Below, one piece after another: positions 7,863 through 16,643 of a DNA stretch of 32,000 nucleotides. The stretch's first letter is position 1, and each line of letters opens with the position of its first letter. Source of the DNA: Candidatus Methylomirabilis oxygeniifera (GTDB lineage: Bacteria > Methylomirabilota > Methylomirabilia > Methylomirabilales > Methylomirabilaceae); contig FP565575.1 of NCBI GenBank assembly GCA_000091165.1, positions 210,001 to 242,000 of the forward strand. The letters are read 5' to 3'. Position numbers and translations under genes: made by a program. The notes below the pieces were generated by a model. The model ran no database searches and was not told the DNA's origin. It was given only the letters and a program-made list of their open reading frames with translations.

Positions 7863-8021
7863 GAATACCCCTCCCTTAAAGCCTTCAGTCTATCTACCTT
7901 GTAGTTACTAATCTGTTCAGTATACCCCCGCCAGGGAGCCGCGGTCAATCCAAAGATAGGCAGATAGGTAATCAATCAGTGAGAGGGGGGAAAATCATTG
8001 AATCCACTGGGGGTTCATTAT

Positions 8022-8092
8022 AAAATCCCCCTTTTTCAAAGGGGGAAACGGTTAGTCCCCCTCTTTGGAAAAGAGGGGTTAGGGGAGATTTT
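8022..8092. repeat. Compound palindromic MITE/REP-like element, second copy
   Basis: AAAATCCCCCTTTTTCAAAGGGGGAAACGGTTAGTCCCCCTCTTTGGAAAAGAGGGGTTAGGGGAGATTTT; same architecture as 3099..3182. Confidence 0.8.
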
Positions 8093-8129
8093 CCACCCGT
8101 AACTGAATGGTTACGTAGATAGGTCACAC

Positions 8130-8158
8130 TTGACTTCCCTCTTACGCTTTCGTAGTAT
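8130..8158 (+). promoter_or_regulatory. Possible sigma70 promoter
   Basis: TTGACT (8130-8135), 17-nt spacer, TAGTAT (8153-8158). It overlaps the nominal start of ORF 8130..8936, so the true start is probably further downstream. Confidence 0.35.
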
Positions 8159-8192
8159 GTTGAGGTCAGTCGTCAGCGCCGGGTACGGGGAC

Positions 8193-8240
8193 ATACCCCC
8201 TTTAATCCCCCTTTGCCAAAGGGGGAGGGGGGGGGAGATG
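8193..8240. repeat. CCCCCTTTGCCAAAGGGGG palindromic repeat
   Basis: Palindrome directly visible; same family as 215-249 and 11327-11346. Confidence 0.7.
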
Positions 8241-8365
8241 GGGAATGACCACATACACCGGATAGACGAAATGTCGAACGGCTTGGGCGAGGGGGTTGGA
8301 ATGTATCTGATCGGTTGCGGTACAACGCGAAAGCGGGGAGCAGGATCCCCGAGTATCCGGGGGAG

Positions 8366-8936
8366 GATGGCTGCCGTTTTGCTGTTCAGCCTGCTTGTCG
8401 GCCTGCCGGCGATATTGGCGTTCGGGGAGGGGAAGTCCGGGATTGTGGACAGTGCGGAACTGATCAAGTTCTATGAACAACTGATGGCCAGTCCGGCCTT
8501 TGATCCGAAGACGCCGTTAGGGCCGGGGCGGGAGGAACGGGGGCGGGCGGAGGAAGAGCTTGATGCCGCCAAGCGCGCCTATGCCAAAGCCAGGGTGAAA
8601 GGCAATCCGGAGGCCCTGGCCGCCGCTCGAGACGTACTGCGCCAGAAGACAGACGCCTTACAGGTTCTGTACGGCAAGACCACTCAGGACCTCAGAGATG
8701 TTGCGAAGTACCGTTCGCCTGATATTCTGGTCGAATCGCTGCGCAGCCGTATTCAGGAGTATGGCCAGGCGCAAGGGTTTGACATCATTACGAATCAACA
8801 GACCGGCAAACCGATGTTCCTCCGAGAGGGCTTTTCCGGCGCCCCGGACAATCCGGTTGACGTCACGGGGGAAATGATCGAATGGATCAGACAGCAGGAG
8901 GCGGCGAGTCAATCCGGCCGTACAACCAGTCCCTGA
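8366..8936 (+). CDS. Secreted/hypothetical protein, start approximate (8366 if MAAVLL..., or 8300 if MYLIG...)
   Basis: ORF 8130..8936; internal Met followed by signal-like MAAVLLFSLLVGLPAILAFGEG, then a charged, helical region. Confidence 0.55.
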
Positions 8937-9033
8937 TCCTCTCGCGGATGCCGGTCCACCGGCGTTCGTCCTCACCTTGCGTATGATGCAGCACTGTCGG
9001 CTCCCATCACATGTCCGGCCTTACGGCGCGCCT

Positions 9034-9963
9034 GTCTTCCGGATGGGCAGGCGCAGACGGGCGGCATGGGCCGCGCCTCTTCTCATGATCGTGTGGGTGT
9101 TGTCCGTCTGCCTTCATCAGCCTGCCCAGGCTCTGGCCGCGACGAACAGCGAGCTGATCCCTGGATCGAGGATTGTCTTCCCATACTACGATCTCCGCGA
9201 AGGCATCTCGACTTTTCTGAGCTTGACGAATGTCGGTCTCGGTTCGGCGACCCTTCACCTGGAATTCTACGATGCGAGCTGTCTGCGGCGAGACAGCAGC
9301 CTGGACCTCTCGGCAGGCGATGCCGACCTGCTGGATATCGGTGCCATCCTGCAGCCTCAGGCAGACGGGCTGTTCCGGCAAGGGTTTGTGGACGTGGTGA
9401 CCTTTGCGGGGGATGCCCTGCTCGGAACGGCGATCATCGTGAATGGGCCGGAGGATTGGGGGATCGTCTATCATGGCGCCTCAGCCAGGCGGTTGTCGGG
9501 TGGTCCTCTCCCATTTGAGCCCTACCCATCACGACTGTTTCTGCCGGCCTTCCTTACTCAGGGGAGCGTGGGTGACGGGAGGCTGAGCGATGGGCTGCTG
9601 GTAGTGGCCGCGCCTCACCCGACCCAGCCAGGCGGTGAACTGCCCGATCTGTCATTACAGTCGACAATCCGAGTCTTTCTCGATCAGGAACCGGCGTTTC
9701 AGTTGACGACGATTGGTGAGAAAGCGGAGGAGGGGCTGCCGACGGCGACCTCGACCGGCCATCAGCTTCTTCTTCCCATCGGTCAGGCCGCGGGGACATT
9801 TCCTACGCCGAGGTTCGGCTGGCTCTCGGTGACCAATCAGGCTGTCGATGAGGTCGGCACACCGATCGGCATGGTGGGTCTGTACATCCAGACGATTGCC
9901 GGAGATGGGTCCGGCATGGGCATGGCGATCCGCCTCTGGGCCGATCCGGCATCCGGGCCGTAG
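9034..9963 (+). CDS. Secreted hypothetical protein, paralog of 4084..5466 (ORF opens at 8977)
   Basis: Internal Met region MGRRRRAAWAAPLLMIVWVLSVCLHQPAQALAATNSELIPGSRIVFPYYDLREGISTFLSLTNVG; mature N-terminus aligns with the 4084 product. Confidence 0.75.
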   Translation, partial: VFRMGRRRRAAWAAPLLMIVWVLSVCLHQPAQALAATNSELIPGSRIVFPYYDLREGISTFLSLTNVGLGSATLHLEFYDASCLRRDSSLDLSAGDADLLDIGAILQPQADGLFRQGFVDVVTFAGDALLGTAIIVNGPEDWGIVYHGASARRLSGGPLPFEPYPSRLFLPAFLTQGSVGDGRLSDGLLVVAAPHPTQPGGELPDLSLQSTIRVFLDQEPAFQLTTIGEKAEEGLPTATSTGHQLLLPIGQAAGTFPTPRFGWLSVTNQAVDEVGTPIGMVGLYIQTIAGDGSGMGMAIRLWADPASGP

Positions 9964-9986
9964 CGCCTGAGGAGATCCGATACGCC

Positions 9987-11150
9987 ATGGGCAGCCTGAC
10001 CGTCGTGATTCGTCAGGGAGCGGATGGCCGCTTCGCGCAGGTCTGTCGGGACAGCCTGGTCAACTGTACCCCGGAGCTGGAACAGATCATCGAGATGCCG
10101 GACGACACCCGCCCTGGTGGTGTCTGGACCCGGATCAGCACCCCGTTTGTGGCATTTATTGACGAGACCGTTGCGGTGTGTCCGGGGTGGGCCGGACGTA
10201 TGATAGCGAGCCTGATCCGATCGGGGGCGGCGGCGATCGGCCCCCTGACCAATGGCGCCGACGGGGCGCAACACCAGGCAGGCGACTATCAGGACATCTC
10301 CGGGTTTTTGGACTTCGCCGACCGGATCGCTCAAGACCGGGCCGGCCGGACCCAGTCGGTTGAGGCTCTGGATCCCTGTTGTGTTCTCTATTCCCGCGAC
10401 AGGCTTACCGGGATCGGGTTAGATGCTGCGCCCAATGACCTGCCGGCATTTGTGCATGATGCCGGCCTCTGCCTGGCGGTTGCCTTGGACACCTACGTTC
10501 ACTCCTTCGCCTCCTACTATGCCCAGGCCCGTCCGGAGGTGGTTGCCATGATTCCGGCGACTGCGTCCCGCATTCTGGATGTCGGCTGCGGAACAGGGAC
10601 GCTTGGAGGCCGACTGAAGACGGAGCGCCGGATTGAGGTTATCGGTGTCGAGATGGATCCGACAGCGGCGGAGGCGGCCGGCCGTGTGCTGGATCGAGTG
10701 CATCGTGCCGACGTAGAGACGCTGGTATTGCCGTATCCTGCAGGGAGCTTCGACGCGATCATCATGGCGGACATCCTGGAGCACCTGCGTGATCCATGGG
10801 GCCTGCTTGCGAGACTTTCGCCGCTTCTGTCATCCGAGGGCCGCCTGATTGCCAGTCTGCCCAATGTCCGGCACTGGTCGGTGGTGCGGGGGCTCCTGGA
10901 GGGCGAGTGGACCTATCTGCCTGCCGGTATTCTGGATCGCACACATCTACGCTTCTTCACCAGGAGGAGCGGCCAGGCCCTTATCGAGTCGGCCGGGTTA
11001 TGTGTGATCGGGACTGAACCGATCCGGTCGGCCGGGCCGCCGGATCTTGCGGCATTGGTCGAGGCCTGCCGGGGCCTTTTACTCGACGTCTCCACCCTCG
11101 TCGATGAGGCGAGCGTCGCACAGTATCTCTACCTGGCGGCGCCAAGATAG
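9987..11150 (+). CDS. Class I SAM-dependent methyltransferase with degenerate GT2-like N-terminal region
   Basis: RILDVGCGTGTLGGRL...DAIIMADILEHLRDPWGLL methyltransferase motifs; N-terminal ~170 aa resembles a GT2 domain lacking its centre (see finding). Confidence 0.85.
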   Translation: MGSLTVVIRQGADGRFAQVCRDSLVNCTPELEQIIEMPDDTRPGGVWTRISTPFVAFIDETVAVCPGWAGRMIASLIRSGAAAIGPLTNGADGAQHQAGDYQDISGFLDFADRIAQDRAGRTQSVEALDPCCVLYSRDRLTGIGLDAAPNDLPAFVHDAGLCLAVALDTYVHSFASYYAQARPEVVAMIPATASRILDVGCGTGTLGGRLKTERRIEVIGVEMDPTAAEAAGRVLDRVHRADVETLVLPYPAGSFDAIIMADILEHLRDPWGLLARLSPLLSSEGRLIASLPNVRHWSVVRGLLEGEWTYLPAGILDRTHLRFFTRRSGQALIESAGLCVIGTEPIRSAGPPDLAALVEACRGLLLDVSTLVDEASVAQYLYLAAPR

Positions 11151-11171
11151 TGAGTCTTGCCTAAGCGATGG

Positions 11172-11237
11172 GGTTCTTCCGGACTGAGCGCGGGTAGAGG
11201 CCGAGTCTTCAGCGCTGGACACGGGGACACCCCCCTT
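11172..11237 (-). repeat. Dispersed repeat, copy 4 (inverted relative to 5924..5987)
   Basis: Reverse complement ...GGTGTCCCCGTGTCCAGCGCTGAAGACTCGGCCTCTACCCGCGCTCAGTCCGGAAGAACC. Confidence 0.8.
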
Positions 11238-11310
11238 GAAAAAGGGGGCGAGGGTTTTATCTTGATGGAGGACAACATTGTACTTCGGAGGGTCGTGAGA
11301 AGGACCAAGG

Positions 11311-11408
11311 AGAAACCCCCTTCGATCCCCCTTTGCCAAAGGGGGAGAAAAGGTAGATGTACAAGCGTGGTACCCCCCTTTGGAAAAGGGGGGCAGAGGG
11401 GGGTTTCT
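11311..11408. repeat. MITE-like element with 10-nt terminal inverted repeats
   Basis: AGAAACCCCC (11311-11320) / GGGGGTTTCT (11399-11408) enclosing CCCCCTTTGCCAAAGGGGG and CCCCCCTTTGGAAAAGGGGGG palindromes. Confidence 0.7.
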
Positions 11409-11463
11409 TTTTGCCAAAGGGGGAGACAAGGTCAGGGGAGGTGACTTCCGATTCCTCCCTGCC

Positions 11464-11514
11464 TGTGCGTATCTGTGCGCAGACGGGTTTACCCACGCTT
11501 ATTCCGGAAGAACC
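11464..11514 (+). repeat. Dispersed repeat, copy 2 (inverted relative to 5699..5749)
   Basis: TGTGCGTATCTGTGCGCAGACGGGTTTACCCACGCTTATTCCGGAAGAACC. Confidence 0.8.
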
Positions 11515-11540
11515 AGTCATGGAAAAGGAACTGCACAACC

Positions 11541-11604
11541 GTCCGTTCGGCCTGAGCTTGTCGAAGGCTGCTCCGCGCATGGTTCGACAGGCTCACCATG
11601 AGCA
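11541..11604. repeat. Widespread intergenic REP-like repeat (GAGCTTGTCGAA ... TTCGACAGGCTC)
   Basis: CCGTTCGGCCTGAGCTTGTCGAAGG...ATGGTTCGACAGGCTCACCATGAGC; one mismatch between 12-nt inverted arms; translates as 'RPFGLSLSK..MVRQAHHEQ'. Confidence 0.8.
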
Positions 11605-11634
11605 GAGCAAGGACATTTACGTCGTGCATTACTT

Positions 11635-12801
11635 ATGCAAACCTCAAGAGTGATCGACGTCGATCCGGTTGATCTGTCCGTCCTGATCGTCAACTATAAT
11701 GTGGGCCGATTCGTCCTGGATGCGATAGGTTCGGTCGCGGCACAGCGGTTTGTTGGGCCTGAAGGGCGTCCCGGTCGTCTTGAGATGCTGGTCATCGATA
11801 ATGCGTCACATCCCGCCGATGCAGCCATACTGGATCGCCTGCCCGCCTCCGTCACCGTCATAAAGAACTCAACGAATCTTGGATTCGCGGCTGCCAACAA
11901 TCAGGGGATTGTACGGGCGCAGGGCCGATACCTCTGTTTCTTGAATCCCGATACGAGGCTTCGAGAGGGATCGCTCCAGGCGATGCTTCAGTATCTGTAT
12001 GAGCACCCCGGGGTTGGAATGGTAGGGCCCATGATCTGGGCCGACGATGAGGGGGTGCTGCGTCTGCCGCCCGGTGATCCGCCCTCTCTGTTGTTTCTGT
12101 TGAGCCGGGCTATGGGCGGGGTCTCTCCGAGGTTCAGTCTGTGGCGGCAAAGGCGGTGGCTCCGATCTGCTGTTCGGTTCTGGCGGGCTGAGGCTCCGAT
12201 GGACACTACCATGCTCTCCGGCGCCTGCCTGATGGCATCGCGGCATGTTATCGAGCATGTCGGCCGGTTCGATTCCGGCTTCTTCCTGTACTATGAGGAC
12301 TCCGATCTGTGTCGTCGCATTCGTGGGCAAGGTTATCGCCTGGTGGTCGTGCCTGCCGCTCAGGTCGTCCATTATTATAATCAGAGCGCAAAGACGGACC
12401 CGGCAGGAGCCTGGTGTCACGCCATGGCCTCCGAGCTTCGCTTTGTCAGGATCCATTACGGTCGCACCGGTGCCCTGATATACCGGATCGCTCAAGACAT
12501 AGGTAGGCGTTCAGGACGGGGTCGACAGCCGGTGAACAGGCCGGACGTGATAGATCTCGGCGCGCTGGAGCGGCCACCCCGATTGAGCGTCCCAGGCGCT
12601 GTCGTGCCCGAGAGGGAGCTGCTATGGCAGGTTGGTCCGGATTCCGGATTTGCGCCCTCGGCCGGAGCCCTGCGTGTCGGGAACGGATTCGACTTTAACC
12701 GGATTGTGTGGGAACGTCTGATGCCCGGACGTTATTTCGCCAGGGCCGTCGATCCAAAGACCCTTCGGCCGATGGCATACTGGTCGTGGGTAAAGCGGTA
12801 G
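11635..12801 (+). CDS. GT2 family glycosyltransferase (rhamnosyltransferase-like)
   Basis: LSVLIVNYNVGRFVLDAIGSV...MLVIDNASHPAD...NLGFAAANNQGI..A.GRYLCFLNPDTRL... and FFLYYEDSDLCRRIRGQGYR. Confidence 0.9.
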   Translation: MQTSRVIDVDPVDLSVLIVNYNVGRFVLDAIGSVAAQRFVGPEGRPGRLEMLVIDNASHPADAAILDRLPASVTVIKNSTNLGFAAANNQGIVRAQGRYLCFLNPDTRLREGSLQAMLQYLYEHPGVGMVGPMIWADDEGVLRLPPGDPPSLLFLLSRAMGGVSPRFSLWRQRRWLRSAVRFWRAEAPMDTTMLSGACLMASRHVIEHVGRFDSGFFLYYEDSDLCRRIRGQGYRLVVVPAAQVVHYYNQSAKTDPAGAWCHAMASELRFVRIHYGRTGALIYRIAQDIGRRSGRGRQPVNRPDVIDLGALERPPRLSVPGAVVPERELLWQVGPDSGFAPSAGALRVGNGFDFNRIVWERLMPGRYFARAVDPKTLRPMAYWSWVKR

Positions 12802-14326
12802 ACCGACAGACGGCTGCGATCTGATCCCACGTCAGCGGAGCAATGCGCTGCTCCCTATGGCGCCATTCGAGAATGACGGTCTTGTCGCTGTCCTGGAGCG
12901 CACCGGCGTGGAGGAGGGGACACGGGTCCCCAGGGTGATGCAGGAGACGGACCTCCTGTGGAATGCGCGTAAACGGGGCTGCCGCAGCGATCGGCAGCGC
13001 CCAACTCCCCTGCCCGAAGAGCTGTGCGCCGAAGTGGAGGTCAGGATTACCGATCATGAGGACGGCGCGCACGTCGGATCTGTTCGCGGCTTGTTCGATC
13101 ACCGCAAGGATTGTCCGGTTGATCCGACCTGCCTGGATCCATGGGAGGCTGTTGACGGATAACAGCATAACGGATGACAGCACGACGGCCGATGTCCATA
13201 TACGACGGATGCGTGTTCGACTCTGATTGAGAAGGACACCGAGAAGGAGGCAGAACCCTGCCGATGATAGATAATGGAGTCTGGCAAAATCATCCGGCGC
13301 GCCCCTTGCCGACAGGAGGCTGAGTACCGGGAGCGCCAGGATGATCATCAGGCCGAGGCAATAGAGCGCCTGTCGACGCATGCTCCCCGTGACGGCAACG
13401 ACCGCGACCACAGCGGCCGAGAGCCACTGGAAGATGCCGATAGCTCGCCTTGCCATGATACCGATCACCGGATCACCCGCAGACGTGAGCAGCGATCCCC
13501 CCGGCAACAGTTGATAGAGAAACAGATGAACGAGCCCGAGCGGCATCAGGGAGGGGTCGGAGGGGTTGGTGTCCATGGGGCCATACTGACCGATGAGATG
13601 CCCGGTGAGTACCTTGCGAAGGATGAAGTAGGCCCCCAGCACGATATAATACGGCAGCAGCGACATGGCCGTGGGAGGGGCGGATCGGTCACGGTTCGGA
13701 TACCGAACCATCACCCAATGAAAGGTCAGGACAATAGGAACGATGACGGCAGTTTCCTTTGAAGCAAGAGCAAGGACGAAGGCAAGCAACGATCCCGGAT
13801 AGAGCAACGGCTGTTTGAGGCCGGAAAAGGCAAGATACAGCAGGATCGCCAGGAGCGCAAAGAAGGCCATGATCAGTTCTGTACGGCCGACGAGCCAGTA
13901 GACGGCTTCAGGGTGCAGGGGGTGGAGCGCAAACAAGAGGCCTGCCGTCAATCCGATAGCCGGTGAGGCAATGGGCCGCAGGGCAGCGATACCGTACACA
14001 AGGAGACCGTTGAAGGCGTTCAAAAGCATGTTGGTCAGGTGCGGACCCACCGGGTTGACTCCCCAAAGGCTTATATCGATCCCGCCGGAGAGCGTTACCA
14101 TCGGACGGTAATAGCTGTAGCTCAGGTCGCCGCGATAGACCGTGTAGAAGTCGGACAGTACGTTCTGCCAGTCGACTGAATTCCTGTCGCCGCTGAGGAT
14201 GGTGACGACGTTGAAGTCGTCGGATAGGAAGTAGCCGTACAGGGATGGGGCGTACACGAGAAGACTCACCGCAAGTATCAGCGACAGATCGCAGGCGATT
14301 CTGGAAGGCAGTGGGGATGGATGCAT
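12695..14326 (-). CDS. Multi-pass membrane protein, GT39/mannosyltransferase-like (GT-C)
   Basis: ATG at 14326 preceded by AAGGAGG; SLYGYFLSDDFNV...SYYRPMVTLSGGIDISLWGVNPVGPHLTNMLLNAFNGLLVYGI...LFALHPLHPEAVYWLVGRTELI, many TM helices. Confidence 0.75.
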   Translation of the reverse strand: MHPSPLPSRIACDLSLILAVSLLVYAPSLYGYFLSDDFNVVTILSGDRNSVDWQNVLSDFYTVYRGDLSYSYYRPMVTLSGGIDISLWGVNPVGPHLTNMLLNAFNGLLVYGIAALRPIASPAIGLTAGLLFALHPLHPEAVYWLVGRTELIMAFFALLAILLYLAFSGLKQPLLYPGSLLAFVLALASKETAVIVPIVLTFHWVMVRYPNRDRSAPPTAMSLLPYYIVLGAYFILRKVLTGHLIGQYGPMDTNPSDPSLMPLGLVHLFLYQLLPGGSLLTSAGDPVIGIMARRAIGIFQWLSAAVVAVVAVTGSMRRQALYCLGLMIILALPVLSLLSARGAPDDFARLHYLSSAGFCLLLGVLLNQSRTRIRRIWTSAVVLSSVMLLSVNSLPWIQAGRINRTILAVIEQAANRSDVRAVLMIGNPDLHFGAQLFGQGSWALPIAAAAPFTRIPQEVRLLHHPGDPCPLLHAGALQDSDKTVILEWRHREQRIAPLTWDQIAAVCRSTALPTTSMPSAEGSLDRRPWRNNVRASDVPTQSG

Positions 14327-14437
14327 GTCGGGCCTCCTTGTGCCCCACAGTGAAGGCGATACCATCATAACCGCCATATCAGTATCACGACCCAGGAGAT
14401 GTTGCAATCGTTCTTCAGTCGGTATAGATGCCTTACC

Positions 14438-14467
14438 TTGACGGTTCAAGTCCAAAGCCATTATACT
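14438..14467 (+). promoter_or_regulatory. Sigma70-like promoter upstream of the ABC exporter operon
   Basis: TTGACG (14438-14443), 18-nt spacer, TATACT (14462-14467); ATG at 14503 with GAGAGGAG RBS. Confidence 0.5.
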
Positions 14468-14502
14468 GATTTACCGCATAGTTGCTATAAGAGAGGAGTA
14501 GG

Positions 14503-15294
14503 ATGAAGGCGATACGAGCGATCTATCGATACAGAGAGGTGACATTCAGCTTTGTGAAGCGGGATCTGGCGGCTCGCTACAAGGGTTCGACCTTCGGAAT
14601 GCTCTGGTCGATCGTCAATCCTCTCATTATGCTGATCCTTTATACCTTTGTCTTCTCCACGATCCTGAAGGTTCGGGTGGGTGTTCAGGAGGGTACCGGC
14701 AGTTTTGCCGTCTACCTGTTCTGCGGTCTGCTGCCATGGAACGCCTTTGCCGAGCCCCTTGGACGGTCCACGGGGATCGTGTTTGAGCATACCAATCTTA
14801 TCAAGCGAATGGTATTTCCGGTCGAGATCCTTCCTTTATATATTGTCATTTCAAGTATAATCAATCAACTGATAGGTCTGGCCATCCTTTTCCTCGTCCT
14901 GCTTGCGAACGGACATCGGTTCAGTATGCTGATTGCATTCCTGCCGGCGCTTCTCCTTCTCCAGATTACTTTTACCGTTGGATTAGCCTGGATTATAGCC
15001 GGAGCCACTGTCTTTTTGCGCGATATTGCTCAGGTGATCGGAATGATCACGACCCTGTGGCTTTTCCTGACCCCGATATTTTACACGGCTAATCTTGTTC
15101 CTGAGGGATGGCGGCCTTTTCTAGGGTTGAACCCGATGTATGCCGTTGTTGAGTCGTACAGGTCTATTATCCTGAAAGGGCAGTTGCCTGATCCGAGCAG
15201 CCTGATTTACCTTTTTCTCACGGCTGTCATTACCTTTGTTGTCGGCCATCGGATTTTTACTAGGATGCAACCCGCGTTCGCTGATGTGATCTGA
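14503..15294 (+). CDS. wzm: ABC-2 type polysaccharide exporter permease (Wzm-like)
   Basis: VKRDLAARYKGSTFGMLWSIVNPLIMLILYTFVFSTIL...LWLFLTPIFYTANLVPEGWRPFLGLNPMYAVVESYRSIIL. Confidence 0.9.
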   Translation: MKAIRAIYRYREVTFSFVKRDLAARYKGSTFGMLWSIVNPLIMLILYTFVFSTILKVRVGVQEGTGSFAVYLFCGLLPWNAFAEPLGRSTGIVFEHTNLIKRMVFPVEILPLYIVISSIINQLIGLAILFLVLLANGHRFSMLIAFLPALLLLQITFTVGLAWIIAGATVFLRDIAQVIGMITTLWLFLTPIFYTANLVPEGWRPFLGLNPMYAVVESYRSIILKGQLPDPSSLIYLFLTAVITFVVGHRIFTRMQPAFADVI

Positions 15295-16562
15295 TGTACG
15301 CGATTGAGGTCCATGACCTTTCTAAGGTCTATCGGCTCTACTCGAATCCGAAGGACCGCCTCAAGGAGTATCTCTTCCGGGGCAGGCGGACCTACCACCA
15401 GGCGTTCTGGGCCTTAAGAAATGTGAGTTTCAGGGTTGCACATGGCTCGACGTTAGGCCTTGTCGGCGACAACGGGGCCGGTAAGAGCACGCTGCTTCAA
15501 CTGGTGGCCGGCACTCTGCGGCCCACATCCGGCAGCGTGACGTTGAATGGCCGCGTCTCCACAATCCTGGAACTGGGTGCGGGGTTCAATCCGGAGTTTA
15601 CAGGTCGAGAGAATGTCTTTATGACAGGATCAATCATGGGGATACCACAGCAGGAAATGGAGCGGCGATTCCCGGAGATTGCCGCGTTTGCAGAAATTGG
15701 GGATTTTATTGAACGGCCTGTAAAGCTGTATTCCAGCGGCATGTACGTCCGCCTTGCGTTTGCTGTTGCGACCAGCGTGGACCCCGACATACTGATAGTC
15801 GATGAGGCCCTCTCTGTCGGGGATCAGTACTTTCAGAAGCGCTGCATAGATCGGATCGAAGGTTTCAGGAAGTCCGGTAAGAGCATACTGTTTTGCTCTC
15901 ACAATCTGTACCAGATCAGATTGATCTGCGACGAGGCCGTCTGGCTGAAGGATGGTGAGGTCGCCATGGCCGGAGAGGCCTCCAGGGTTATTGGAGCGTA
16001 TCAGAACTATATGCGGGAGAGGGAGATGCCAAAGGCTTCTCCCGCCACGGTTGAGGTCGGACCAAGGACCTTTCCCTGGGTCTCAGGTGTACGGCTGAGC
16101 TGTGGTGACGAGGAGGGGGATCGGGATGAGTTCGTAACAGGAGACGAACTGGTCGTGACGGTCGCGTACGAGGTGCCTGATCCGCCAAGGGTTGTTCATG
16201 TGGGTGTCGTCATTGTCAGGAACGATTCGGTGCAGGTATTCGGCACCGGCACCCACGTCTCAGGCGTCAAACTCCCACCCCGTTCGAGCAGTTCAAGGAT
16301 ACGTTTTCCGGCACTTCCGCTTCTATCCGGTCAATACGCGATTTCAGTGTTCCTTCTTGATGAGCACGGAATTCACGTCTACGATGAAAAGGAGCGCGAG
16401 TTCAAGTTCCAGGTGACTCAGAATGTGCAGGCCCTGGGTCTGAGCTTCCTGGAACACCGTTGGGACGTGGAGGTCCCGCATGAGGCGAACGGCAAGTGGG
16501 GCTCTGACGATCACGCCGGCAACAAGCAGATAAACAATGCGTTAGGCATCGTCAAAGGATAA
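15294..16562 (+). CDS. wzt: ABC transporter ATP-binding protein (Wzt-like) with C-terminal substrate-binding domain
   Basis: Walker A GDNGAGKSTLLQ, signature YSSGMYVRLAFAVA, Walker B ILIVDEALSVGD; extra ~170-aa C-terminal beta-rich domain. Start overlaps the wzm stop by 1 nt (TGATG). Confidence 0.92.
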   Translation: MYAIEVHDLSKVYRLYSNPKDRLKEYLFRGRRTYHQAFWALRNVSFRVAHGSTLGLVGDNGAGKSTLLQLVAGTLRPTSGSVTLNGRVSTILELGAGFNPEFTGRENVFMTGSIMGIPQQEMERRFPEIAAFAEIGDFIERPVKLYSSGMYVRLAFAVATSVDPDILIVDEALSVGDQYFQKRCIDRIEGFRKSGKSILFCSHNLYQIRLICDEAVWLKDGEVAMAGEASRVIGAYQNYMREREMPKASPATVEVGPRTFPWVSGVRLSCGDEEGDRDEFVTGDELVVTVAYEVPDPPRVVHVGVVIVRNDSVQVFGTGTHVSGVKLPPRSSSSRIRFPALPLLSGQYAISVFLLDEHGIHVYDEKEREFKFQVTQNVQALGLSFLEHRWDVEVPHEANGKWGSDDHAGNKQINNALGIVKG

Positions 16563-16593
16563 CATGCACATATTCATGATCCGAAAAATGCAC

Positions 16594-16636
16594 AAATCCC
16601 CTCTTTCCCCCTTTTGAAAGGAGGATGAAGGGGGTT
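16594..16636. repeat. AAATCCCC...CCCCCTTTTGAAAGGAGG...GGGGGTTT repeat
   Basis: Same visual family as the other C-rich/G-rich palindromic elements. Confidence 0.5.
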
Positions 16637-16643
16637 TGTTGCT

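Noticed and set aside
11357-11653. 98-aa minus-strand ORF (RPFGLSLSKAAPRMVRQAHHEQ)
   Set aside because: Well-known spurious translation of an intergenic REP-like sequence.
13274-13762. 162-aa plus-strand ORF
   Set aside because: Antisense to the conserved GT-C-like membrane protein; low-complexity, charged translation typical of a shadow ORF.
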